Shown in pieces: positions 31,413 to 39,585 of a stretch of 64,000 nt of DNA. The first letter of the stretch is position 1; the number at the start of each line of letters is the position of its first letter. The DNA comes from Bacteroidia bacterium. Lineage in GTDB: Bacteria > Bacteroidota > Bacteroidia > NS11-12g > UBA9320. Made by a program: the position numbers and the translations under genes. Under the pieces are notes generated by a model. It saw only the letters and a list, made by a program, of their open reading frames with translations. It did not search any database and was not told the origin of the DNA. Location of the stretch: assembly GCA_965216465.1 (NCBI GenBank), contig CBDCFW010000003.1, positions 256,001 through 320,000 of the forward strand, given 5' to 3'.

Positions 31413-31803
31413 ATTAAAAAAATGGTTCAAGGAAAAAGGAGCTAAGAAGATTTTAGGTGGCCTGGAGAAATTCGGGACACTTATTCCTGGAGTGGGTGGA
31501 ATTGTTTCTACTGGAGCTGCTCAATTAAAAGAGCGCTTAGGCGACAAGGAAGCACAAAAAGCAATGGCAGCAACGTACGCAGGTGCGGTTGCTGAATCAG
31601 TGGACAACGCTCAAGGAATAGTATCTAGACAAGGCTCATTTGAAGAACAAGTTGAGATGGAAGCAAAAAAGCAGAGAATCAAAAGAATTTTAGGACAAGT
31701 AGGTATGGTGTTAGCGGGGCTAACTGTCGTACTTATTCCAATTATTCTAATTGTTAGATCACGCAAACGAAAAGGTTTTGCACGTAAAAAAAGAAGAAGA
31801 TAA
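31399..31803 (+). CDS. Basic protein with C-terminal TM and poly-basic tail
   Basis: Same architecture and slot as 41259-41666. Confidence 0.75.
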   Translation: MGKGRLKKWFKEKGAKKILGGLEKFGTLIPGVGGIVSTGAAQLKERLGDKEAQKAMAATYAGAVAESVDNAQGIVSRQGSFEEQVEMEAKKQRIKRILGQVGMVLAGLTVVLIPIILIVRSRKRKGFARKKRRR

Positions 31804-31805
31804 TC

Positions 31806-32066
31806 ATGTTGAAATTAGACGGAAAAAACAACGGAACACTGTGGCTTGAAGAGAAAGACCGCAAGGTGTTCAAAGGAGACAGAAAAGGAGAAACTTACCA
31901 GTGCTTTGAAGGCACAATCGACACTGGAGGCGGTAAAATGATTACAATAAAAATGTATTCAAACACCGATCCAGTAGATAAAGACGGTAAGACATTACTG
32001 CCTTTAAAGGTTTCCAAGTGGAAAGGTAATCCAAGCCGCAGAAAGACTACTAGAAAAAGCTGGTAA
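31806..32066 (+). CDS. Small beta-rich basic protein (possible ssDNA-binding)
   Basis: Operon-coupled; slot equivalent to 41669-42043. Confidence 0.6.
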   Translation: MLKLDGKNNGTLWLEEKDRKVFKGDRKGETYQCFEGTIDTGGGKMITIKMYSNTDPVDKDGKTLLPLKVSKWKGNPSRRKTTRKSW

Positions 32067-32257
32067 TGTTAAAGTGGCTAAAGACAGGATTTGGTTGGCT
32101 GAAAACAGCCAACCAATTCTACCGAAAGGTTAAGACCTCATTCAAAATGATTGAATGGGTTGGAGACGTTTTGGAATTTGCACAGAAAAGGTATGCTGAA
32201 ATCTTTGAAATAGAAGACGACAGCGAAGTAGAACAGGAAAATCAGACCAATGAGTAA
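32066..32257 (+). CDS. Amphipathic helical protein with acidic tail
   Basis: Similar to 42052-42276 (KW...EW.GDV..FA vs KW...DW.NGV..YA). Confidence 0.7.
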   Translation: MLKWLKTGFGWLKTANQFYRKVKTSFKMIEWVGDVLEFAQKRYAEIFEIEDDSEVEQENQTNE

Positions 32258-32906
32258 TGAAAGCGAAAAATATAGCCATCATTGTAGTGTCAATTGTCCT
32301 CATTGTGGGGGGCTTCTTACTATACAAACGGCGCAAAAAAAAACGTTAGACGACCATCGTGAAAGTAGGCTAAAGTTAGCAGGTAAGGTGATTCTAAAAT
32401 GGGAGGGGGGATATGTCAATGACCCCGACGATAGAGGAGGAGCAACCAACAAAGGTGTAACTTATGCTACTTATCAAAATCTAGCACATAGTGTTTTAAA
32501 GGTATATCCAACGAAAAAGCATTTTGAAAGTCTTTCAGACAATGAAGTGCTGAAGATTATCGCCTGGTACTATGATAAGGTAAAAGGTGATCACTTAAAA
32601 AGTGGAGCTGTTGCAGTAGGAATAACAGATTATTATTGGGGAAGTGGATTGTATGCCATCAAACGCATCCAATCAGCTTTAAATATCCATTACTCAAGAA
32701 ACTTATCAGTTGATGGCGTAGTGGGAGCAAAAACTGTCCAGGCTATCAATTCGGTTCCTGCTAAACATATGCTATCAATCTTAAAGGAAGTACGAGCACA
32801 ACACTATGCAGCGATTGTAAGACACGATGCAAGTCAAGGTAAATTCATAAACGGTTGGAACAATCGCAATTATGATGTCTTTAACTCTTTAATTGAATAT
32901 GTATGA
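32250..32906 (+). CDS. Endolysin, glycoside hydrolase family 108 with peptidoglycan-binding domain
   Basis: EGGYVNDPDDRGGATNKGVT, VDGVVGAKT, KFINGWNNR. Confidence 0.9.
   Translation: MSNESEKYSHHCSVNCPHCGGLLTIQTAQKKTLDDHRESRLKLAGKVILKWEGGYVNDPDDRGGATNKGVTYATYQNLAHSVLKVYPTKKHFESLSDNEVLKIIAWYYDKVKGDHLKSGAVAVGITDYYWGSGLYAIKRIQSALNIHYSRNLSVDGVVGAKTVQAINSVPAKHMLSILKEVRAQHYAAIVRHDASQGKFINGWNNRNYDVFNSLIEYV
32257..32349 (+). CDS. 30-aa single-TM peptide overlapping lysin gene (absent from ORF track)
   Basis: MKAKNIAIIVVSIVLIVGGFLLYKRRKKKR; TAATG-coupled; counterpart of 42269-42457. Confidence 0.65.
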   Translation: MKAKNIAIIVVSIVLIVGGFLLYKRRKKKR

Positions 32907-33307
32907 TCAATGAAATAGATATCGAAAAAGAAGTAATCCAAACGACTACTTTTAGGCAAAAACTAAATCCAATGTATTGGTTCAGACGCTTTGTACAACC
33001 TGCCTTCAGGCAAATTTCTTTCTATTCAGGAATTAACCTGGTATGGAAGATTACAGACGTGTTTATCAAAGTGCCAAAATTGATAAACGAAGAGGATGCA
33101 GATATGGTAAGCAGTAAAACAAGAAAACAACAATTGTTGAGTATTGTCTTACACATCTTATTTATAGCACTACCTCTTTTACTGATACTTAAAAAGAAAT
33201 GGTATGTCTTACCAGTCGTACCAATTCTTATGGCGTTTAATATCCTGGTACACTTACGAGGAATATACCTAGCAATCATGGTATATCGAAGTCATGCACG
33301 GAATTAA
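32903..33307 (+). CDS. Membrane protein
   Basis: Two C-terminal hydrophobic segments; ATGA overlap with lysin. Confidence 0.65.
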   Translation: MINEIDIEKEVIQTTTFRQKLNPMYWFRRFVQPAFRQISFYSGINLVWKITDVFIKVPKLINEEDADMVSSKTRKQQLLSIVLHILFIALPLLLILKKKWYVLPVVPILMAFNILVHLRGIYLAIMVYRSHARN

Positions 33308-33539
33308 ACCTACACTCATAGGGTTTGCTTCACTTGCAGGGGTTAATGTTGCTGAATTAACAGCAGAGAACCTAGAAAGCATTGAAGCAATCCTTATGAG
33401 CTTAGTTAAATGGATAATAGCAGGATTAACCATTTACACCCAAATCAAATCAATCAGAAATGAAAAAGCTAATAACCGGGTTGCTAATGATAGTAACCGT
33501 GCTAGTGGCTCCAGGAGCACTAGCAGAACAAACAAGTGA
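33294..33539 (+). CDS. Small membrane protein (holin-like)
   Basis: Two hydrophobic segments, basic tail; resembles 42834-43031. Confidence 0.6.
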   Translation: MHGIKPTLIGFASLAGVNVAELTAENLESIEAILMSLVKWIIAGLTIYTQIKSIRNEKANNRVANDSNRASGSRSTSRTNK

Positions 33540-33930
33540 CAACCTAAATTTTAACCTAAAAACAGAAATACAAATGTGTAACGAACATGTAAACTACGAG
33601 TTTGAATTAAGCGATACCAGACAACCATTGTTCTGCGATTCAAAACATCTTCTAGTAGGTGTTATAAATCACTTTTCAGATTTCACCAACTATAAGATCA
33701 ATACTGACATTGATCCTGGAACTGGTGCACCATGGGTAATAGACAGTGGCTTAAATGATGCAGAGATACTAATTAACTCGCTAAAATCAGGCGGCACTAA
33801 AATACCAATAGAACTGATAAAGAATATTCCTTTAGATCAGTGGCATGAAAGAGGAACAAGGGATATCAATGCGCCTATTGCCACTGGTAACACCCGTAGG
33901 TATGTTGTAATCAAGTGTAGACAGGCTTAG
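33460..33930 (+). CDS. Putative minor virion protein (penton/spike candidate)
   Basis: From MCNEH (33574) aligns with 43012-43380: LNDAEILIN/LNEHEIFIN, GTRDI/GTRDV. Confidence 0.6.
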   Translation: MKKLITGLLMIVTVLVAPGALAEQTSDNLNFNLKTEIQMCNEHVNYEFELSDTRQPLFCDSKHLLVGVINHFSDFTNYKINTDIDPGTGAPWVIDSGLNDAEILINSLKSGGTKIPIELIKNIPLDQWHERGTRDINAPIATGNTRRYVVIKCRQA

Positions 33931-33932
33931 TC

Positions 33933-34118
33933 ATGGGATTAAGTAAAGAAAAATCCAAGCACTTCAACAAGAAAGTCAAAGAATTTTCTAAAACAGCTTG
34001 GGAAACATTCAACACCACTCACTTTGATTCACTAGCTGAATATCAAAATGAGAAGTTCTTAGTTGAGCAATCAATTAGAGAATTTCAACGCTCAGAACTT
34101 GATAAAGTAAAGGAGTAA
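33933..34118 (+). CDS. Small helical protein
   Basis: AWETF..THFDSLAE...VEQSI resembles AWAEF..TDFDTVQE...VEQQI of 38735-38965. Confidence 0.65.
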   Translation: MGLSKEKSKHFNKKVKEFSKTAWETFNTTHFDSLAEYQNEKFLVEQSIREFQRSELDKVKE

Positions 34119-34146
34119 ACATTGTAGCAGATCTGCTCAACATGCT

Positions 34147-34174
34147 AAAAGCCACCTTTTGCAGGTGGCTTTTT
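34147..34174 (+). terminator. Terminator of element A structural operon
   Basis: AAAAGCCACCT-tttgc-AGGTGGCTTTTT. Confidence 0.85.
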
Positions 34175-34354
34175 AGTGATAATATACTGAAATTATATGT
34201 GAATTGGGTTATGTAAATAGATACAAATTGATATCTATTTATATGCAGTTTAATTTAAGGGATGGACGTAATATTGTTCACTGAATTGTAAAATGTTTTG
34301 GATATCCAAAACTTTGGAATGGATTTTGTACCTTTGTAACCGTTAAATAATACT

Positions 34355-34642
34355 ATGTCTAATAAAATAAGAGTAACTAATCATAAGGTCCTTGTGCTTT
34401 ATAGTTTTGATGAAGTAAATAAACTTTATACTCTTTCAACACTTGAAAGAGGAGGACCTCTTGTTGTGGATTCGGATTTCGAAACAGCTAAGAAAAAAAT
34501 GGCTGAGCAACTAATTGTTGTAAGCTCTCTTGGTAAATTAATGTTCTATGATAAATATAGGACTAATGAAGATAGGAAGACATCGTTGGCTAATAGTTTA
34601 GGGAAGGTTATAGAGGAGACGTATTTGGAACTTGTAGCATAG
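34355..34642 (+). CDS. Cargo protein, HicB-N-terminus-like
   Basis: beta-beta-helix pattern LVVDSDFETAKKKMAEQL; weak resemblance. Confidence 0.4.
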   Translation: MSNKIRVTNHKVLVLYSFDEVNKLYTLSTLERGGPLVVDSDFETAKKKMAEQLIVVSSLGKLMFYDKYRTNEDRKTSLANSLGKVIEETYLELVA

Positions 34643-35152
34643 ATGTTAATTACCTATCGAGCACTAAGAGAACTTTTATATCAGAAATATGCAGAGAAGT
34701 CTCTGCAAGGAGTTATAGACGACTTTTCAGAATATTTTGATGAATCCCTCGCAACTGCAGAGCAGATTGAGGATTATGAGTATCTGTCAACATTCATTGA
34801 GAATAGAAAGGATATAGAAGAGAAATATCGTTTTTTCTGGAACTACAAGCAATGTTCGGTGCCAACGATGGTGGAGAAGCATGACTATTACACGGTTGAT
34901 GCATTATCAGTAATTGCTTATGATCATCCCGATATCGACGTAAGACATTTTGAACAGCTCATTGAAGAGATTGCAACAAGAGACAAGCACGATTTGGAGC
35001 AGTGGTTAGGTAGATTTAGAAGTTTGTACAAGGCTAGAGTAAATATTGGTAACGCGATACGAAGCTACAAATTAGGGTACATCGGAAGAAATGATCTTTG
35101 CTACTGCGGGAGTGGTAAGAAATACAAAAAGTGCCACGGGTTCAATAATTAA
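34643..35152 (+). CDS. SEC-C motif protein (cargo)
   Basis: C-terminal GRNDLCYCGSGKKYKKCHG. Confidence 0.85.
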   Translation: MLITYRALRELLYQKYAEKSLQGVIDDFSEYFDESLATAEQIEDYEYLSTFIENRKDIEEKYRFFWNYKQCSVPTMVEKHDYYTVDALSVIAYDHPDIDVRHFEQLIEEIATRDKHDLEQWLGRFRSLYKARVNIGNAIRSYKLGYIGRNDLCYCGSGKKYKKCHGFNN

Positions 35153-35155
35153 AAC

Positions 35156-35296
35156 GATATCAAATCACTTTGTCCTGGAGCTGCTCGAGCTGAACAAATG
35201 ATATCAAATCCGTTTCCGGCGTCCAGGATCTCAGGGTAAATATGATATCAAATAACTTATCTGCAGCAGATCTGCAGCTGACCAAATGATATCAAA
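35156..35296. repeat. 44-bp-period GATATC array, copy 2
   Basis: GATATCAAA at 35156, 35200, 35244, 35288. Confidence 0.9.
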
Positions 35297-35384
35297 AGAA
35301 ATAACTATAGGTTTTGCTCCAATGTCTATATTTGAATGACATATTAAATTTGTTACGTAACATTAGGGATTGATGTGATCAAAT

Positions 35385-35412
35385 AAAAAGCCACCTGTAA
35401 AAGGTGGCTTTT
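35385..35412 (-). terminator. Terminator, inverted near-copy of 34147-34174
   Basis: AAAAAGCCACCTGTAAAAGGTGGCTTTT; reverse complement differs by one base from the 34147 hairpin. Confidence 0.75.
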
Positions 35413-35725
35413 CTGTTTTTAGATTAACTAAATCCATGCGAACATGGACAAAACCTTTAATGATCAAAAATAAAAGCCGTCTCCTCTGGAAACGGCAATT
35501 AATAAGGTTAGTTAGGTACTATTGCTAAATATAAACACGAAGATAACCTAAATGGTAACAAAACCTCCTGAATAATAGAAATGTATAGGAACTACTGAAT
35601 TAATTAGGTATACTTGATAGTCCTTAACTTATTTTACTACTGGTTATCTATTAATCAAAGTTGAGGTATTAACCCTAGGCCATCCCGAGTGGGGTTTTGG
35701 GATGGCCTTTTTTGTTAATTAGAAA

Positions 35726-35965
35726 TCACTCAATCTTCTCAAGCTCCTTTAAATGATAAAAGAAGTTCTTAGTCTTGTCCTTGACATCTCTAAGTTGAAT
35801 TTCAAGTGATGAATTCTCATCGGTCAAAGACTTAATCCTATCACACATGGGAATGTAGGAGCGAAGCAATAATGCAAAAATTTCTGAATTGGTTTTAATG
35901 TAGGTCTTAGCTTTAATAGCCTCTAACTGTTTAGTCTGTTGATCTGTTAATCTTGATACTAGCAT
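35726..35965 (-). CDS. Ribbon-helix-helix-like DNA-binding protein with coiled coil
   Basis: MLVSRLTDQQ...IKTNSEIFALLLRSY; clear homolog of 39132-39368; start moved to ATG 35965 on that basis. Confidence 0.7.
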   Translation of the reverse strand: MLVSRLTDQQTKQLEAIKAKTYIKTNSEIFALLLRSYIPMCDRIKSLTDENSSLEIQLRDVKDKTKNFFYHLKELEKIE

Positions 35966-36168
35966 AAATAAAATTTTAACATGGTTAAACATTTTCGAGT
36001 AGACTCTCGATCTCTCGAAATCATAGGCATCCAAAGGCGTAAGTGAAAAGCAGTTGTCAATATAAATGAAGGGCAGTAGGGTATAGGCCAGTGTTTAAGC
36101 ATTGACAACAATGTTCACGGGCCAATTTTGCACTCTGATTATGAGAAAAGAATAGGTATCTTTGGAGT

Positions 36169-36423
36169 GTGAGCAATAAAGAAAAGTTATCAGGTAAAGA
36201 GTTGACTATGTATAAGCAGATAGAAACAAACTATGAATATAATGGTAAAACCTTCAAAAATGATTATGTACACCAGATGAGCATTATAGGATATAAACGA
36301 ATAGAAATACCTGGTGTAGAGTTTATTGGTGTTGGTGGTCAGAATTATTTAGAAATCGAGAGGACATACAGAGATATGTTAGTCATGTTCTGCCAAGACC
36401 GAGGAATAACTGAGCTTGATTAA
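36169..36423 (+). CDS. Hypothetical protein
   Basis: 84-aa ORF, GTG start. Confidence 0.5.
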   Translation: MSNKEKLSGKELTMYKQIETNYEYNGKTFKNDYVHQMSIIGYKRIEIPGVEFIGVGGQNYLEIERTYRDMLVMFCQDRGITELD

Positions 36424-36800
36424 TAAGGCAATTTAACACGTTTCAATTTCTTTGGCTTATCACCAATAGGGTTTGGCACAAACAATTGCTTAACATTCTC
36501 AAACACCTCAAAATGATGCAATAATTGCTCTTCTAAAGTTTCTATTTGCTTCTGAAGTGACATAATAGTGTCGAAATCTTCCATCGATCTACGCTGTAAT
36601 TTCATGTGCCGAATCAACATTCTTTCAACAATGTCATGTAATCCATTTGCATCATGATGGAAATATTTGAACTCTTTATAAGCTGCCTTAGCCTCATCAG
36701 AAAGCAGCGTAAATATTAGGGGTTTACCACATTCTTCACATTTCATAGACAGCAAAAAACTAATCAGGATTTTGAATATTTTGTATATAAAAAGATGCAA
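36420..36800 (-). CDS. Coiled-coil protein with N-terminal CxxC
   Basis: MKCEECG (likely start 36746), then helices; slot equivalent to 43810-44172. Confidence 0.55.
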   Translation of the reverse strand: MHLFIYKIFKILISFLLSMKCEECGKPLIFTLLSDEAKAAYKEFKYFHHDANGLHDIVERMLIRHMKLQRRSMEDFDTIMSLQKQIETLEEQLLHHFEVFENVKQLFVPNPIGDKPKKLKRVKLPY

Positions 36801-36871
36801 GCTGTTGAAAACGTGTGAATTATCGACGAATGATAAAACTAATATTTGAGTTCGAAATCAAATTAGTTATC

Positions 36872-37021
36872 ATGGTATTAATACTTAATCAACGAGAAGC
36901 TCGTATGCTTAAACGTCTCATACAAGGATATGAAAGACGAACTCCTGCAAAACGTCAGAAGCGTAAAATCACTGAAGGATTAAAATTAAAACTTAATGAT
37001 AAAAAGAAAGCCGCTGCATAA
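36872..37021 (+). CDS. Small basic protein next to attR of element A
   Basis: MVLILNQREARMLKRLIQGY...; followed by terminator; slot equivalent to 44253-44444. Confidence 0.55.
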   Translation: MVLILNQREARMLKRLIQGYERRTPAKRQKRKITEGLKLKLNDKKKAAA

Positions 37022-37041
37022 AACTATGCGAGCGGCTTTTT
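37007..37041. terminator. Bidirectional terminator
   Basis: AAAGCCGCTGCATA-aaac-TATGCgAGCGGCTTTTT. Confidence 0.8.
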
Positions 37042-37214
37042 AATTTCTTAAGCGGTACTTAATCAAATTTAGGTTCGAAATCAAATTTTATCATGTTGAC
37101 CGCTTAGATGTATAACTTCTAAAGTTATTCACTTTCAAATATAAAAGCTAAACAAATGTACGTGAATGGATTAGCCACGAATGTTAAAACGTTGTTAACA
37201 AAAGAGTTATTATT

Positions 37215-37242
37215 TGTGCCTATAATTTATATTCCGCTAACC
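37215..37242 (+). other. dif-like hybrid site (junction of A and B)
   Basis: TGTGCCTATAA-TTTATA-TTCCGCTAACC; left arm and spacer identical to the 28923 site. Confidence 0.8.
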
Positions 37243-37349
37243 GCTTTAGCACCAAAAAGACAGCGTTATCAACGAATTGTGGACTATTCGATTCCAAATG
37301 TTGAAAGTGCAAAACATTGTTAACAATTAAGCACAAAGTATGTGTTTAA

Positions 37350-38600
37350 TTGAAAAATCAAAATAAAGGAGATTGGCAGCGTAAAATACTGCATTCAATA
37401 GAAGTAGACAGTTTGAAGCTCTCGTTTGAGCTTAACCACTACGAACCGTTAAATCAAATCAAAATTCTTGATACTCGTCTAGGTACTGAATACCGAAAAA
37501 TTACTATTGATGGTGAAGAGATGGACGAGAAGCTCTACAAGGAGAATGCTCGACAATATGGAGCAGACAAAGCACCAATTTATATGAGTTTGGTTGCACG
37601 TCAAGACTTAGCAACGAAAGAAGTCAAAACGTATCTAGTAATATTAATCAATTCTAAGCATTTAGGAGCGCATTATTTCAAAGGTATAAAACGTCATAAT
37701 GTTGGTAACATATACGATGCCATAATAGCGACAAAAGCCGTAAGAATGGATTACAGCATCTTTATGCAGGGCAAGGTTACAGACTGTGATTTTAAGATGG
37801 ATTACCAAATGGAGTTTCACGAATGGATTAAACTAAATGAATTTGCAAGAAAGAGGACTAAGTTGCACACTCGCAGCGATTCGGGATATACGAGGTTTCC
37901 AAAAAAGGATAACGGAATTGACCGTGAAAATTACAAAATGTATGGTACTCAATGGAGCTTTAGAACAACAACGAGTTTTGCAACTGCACCATATATTAAA
38001 ATGTATCACAAAGGGCTAGAAGCAGAACATAGAAGTTCAGAGTTTTTTTCTTCTTATGAATTTGAGGGTTACGGTAATACGGTGATAGATTATAGCGATA
38101 TAGTAAGAACTGAGTATACTATCAAAAACAAAAAGCATTTTAAACAAGCTGGGATGGTCAAAGATGACCAAGACAACACGCTTGAAAATATTCTAAACTT
38201 TAACTATGAAACAAAGCTAAGTGCTTTAATAGATGGCTTTGCTGCTCATTGGAAAAAAGAGAAAGCAAGAATTACACAAGTAACAGGCTTAAAAGGCGTT
38301 CAGTTGATGCTTGCCGCTTTAATAGATGACCAAGTTAAACAAGGCGGAAAGAGTAAGTCAGAATTAAGAGATACGGCTCTTTCACTTCTTCCAAAAAAGA
38401 ATCAAGAACGCTACAAGAAGCTGTTTGAAGAGGTGTGGAGATATCTAGCAATTGAAGAGGATTTTAGAGTTGAAGCAGAAAATAATGAAGCTGCATACAA
38501 TTGGTTTAAAATCTTGGTTGAGGGTTCAAAGAATACCAAACTAAGAGGAATGTTTACAGACGAAGCAACATATACGGAAAGATGGCACGAAGCAAGTTAA
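37350..38600 (+). CDS. Rolling-circle replication initiator (Rep_trans / phage gene II-X-like)
   Basis: VDSLKL, DCDFKMD, MYHKGLE, VRTEYTIKNKKH; homolog of 29009-30202; TTG start. Confidence 0.7.
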   Translation: MKNQNKGDWQRKILHSIEVDSLKLSFELNHYEPLNQIKILDTRLGTEYRKITIDGEEMDEKLYKENARQYGADKAPIYMSLVARQDLATKEVKTYLVILINSKHLGAHYFKGIKRHNVGNIYDAIIATKAVRMDYSIFMQGKVTDCDFKMDYQMEFHEWIKLNEFARKRTKLHTRSDSGYTRFPKKDNGIDRENYKMYGTQWSFRTTTSFATAPYIKMYHKGLEAEHRSSEFFSSYEFEGYGNTVIDYSDIVRTEYTIKNKKHFKQAGMVKDDQDNTLENILNFNYETKLSALIDGFAAHWKKEKARITQVTGLKGVQLMLAALIDDQVKQGGKSKSELRDTALSLLPKKNQERYKKLFEEVWRYLAIEEDFRVEAENNEAAYNWFKILVEGSKNTKLRGMFTDEATYTERWHEAS

Positions 38601-38734
38601 GTAATTATTTCATTGGCAAAGATGGAAGGTTATATTTAAAGAAGTATGGGAGTGAATATAGTGTCAGAGGGTTTGCCAATTTAGGAGAACGGTTATTTGT
38701 GATAACAGATGGAAAAAATTAAATATTTAATAAA

Positions 38735-38965
38735 ATGTCAAAAGAAGATTTCAAAACAAAAACAAAGACAATGATTGAGAATTTCAATACTGCGTCAAAC
38801 GATGCTTGGGCGGAGTTTGAAGCTCGTACAGACTTCGATACGGTTCAAGAAAGAGAAGATGCAAGGCTACAAGTTGAGCAACAAATTAAAATCGACCATA
38901 AAAAGCTAAAAGAGGATATCAAAGCTGAAAAGGAGCTTTACAAGGCTGAAGCAAAGGCAGAATAA
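38735..38965 (+). CDS. Small helical protein
   Basis: Similar to 33933-34118. Confidence 0.65.
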   Translation: MSKEDFKTKTKTMIENFNTASNDAWAEFEARTDFDTVQEREDARLQVEQQIKIDHKKLKEDIKAEKELYKAEAKAE

Positions 38966-38999
38966 GAGACTTATTTGTAATTCATGTTTGTTTAAAAGT

Positions 39000-39029
39000 A
39001 AAAGGCAGTCCGTAAATGGGCTGCCTTTT
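39000..39029. terminator. Intrinsic terminator
   Basis: AAAAGGCAGTCC-gtaaat-GGGCTGCCTTTT. Confidence 0.85.
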
Positions 39030-39039
39030 CTGTTTAAAC

Positions 39040-39136
39040 GATATCAAAAAGTGAGTTCAGATCCTGGAAAAAACACTTGAAATGATATCAAATACTTTCT
39101 CCAGGAAAGATCTGCAGCTGATTAAATGATATCAAA
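39040..39136. repeat. 44-bp-period GATATC array, copy 3
   Basis: GATATCAAA at 39040, 39084, 39128; AGATCTGCAGCTGA at 39108. Confidence 0.9.
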
Positions 39137-39368
39137 TATCCATCATCTTCTTTAAATGGTAGGTAAAATCCTTTACGTTGTTTTTAATGGAATTGTTCTG
39201 TATTGATAAAGATGAATTTTCTTCTACCAAGTCTTTAATTCTAGATTGACTAGGTAAATAAGCACGTAAGCAAAGGGCAATAACATCTGAGTTGGTTTTA
39301 ATACCTGTATGCTCCTTAATGAGTTCAATTTGTTGTTTCTGTTCGTCTGTTAATCTTGATATAAGCAT
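39132..39368 (-). CDS. Ribbon-helix-helix-like DNA-binding protein with coiled coil
   Basis: MLISRLTDEQ...IKTNSDVIALCLRAY; homolog of 35726-35965. Confidence 0.7.
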   Translation of the reverse strand: MLISRLTDEQKQQIELIKEHTGIKTNSDVIALCLRAYLPSQSRIKDLVEENSSLSIQNNSIKNNVKDFTYHLKKMMDI

Positions 39369-39375
39369 GATATTA

Positions 39376-39579
39376 TTAATTATTAGGTGGTGTTATATAT
39401 CCAATACCGTTTTGAAAAAAGTGTTTTGCTGTACAAACAACATAGGGCTTTTTGTTAGGGTGCTTCTCGCTGTATCGGTTGCGAATAGTGCGTGTAAAAA
39501 TGAAGAGTTTTGGCTTTTGTGGTTGTGATGCTAAGAAAGTAGCAGCCTCGCTGTACGTTTCAAATTCAAATTGTGTCAT
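39376..39579 (-). CDS. Small hypothetical protein
   Basis: Tightly packed in minus-strand three-gene cluster. Confidence 0.55.
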   Translation of the reverse strand: MTQFEFETYSEAATFLASQPQKPKLFIFTRTIRNRYSEKHPNKKPYVVCTAKHFFQNGIGYITPPNN

Positions 39580-39585
39580 AATGAT

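Larger units (their letters stand above)
28923..37242 (+). mobile_element. Element A: dif-integrated rolling-circle (putative ssDNA) prophage, 8292-bp unit
   Basis: Bounded by direct dif-like sites; Rep, capsid candidate, membrane proteins, GH108 lysin; no integrase. Confidence 0.85.

Noticed and set aside
34192-34219. TTATGTAAATA XerD-like arm
   Set aside because: The left arm (ATTATATGTGA) lacks the ATAA end, and it does not mark an element boundary.
35156-35296. 44-bp arrays as CRISPR
   Set aside because: Conserved part is only ~9-13 bp, spacers share motifs with each other, and no cas genes are in the window.
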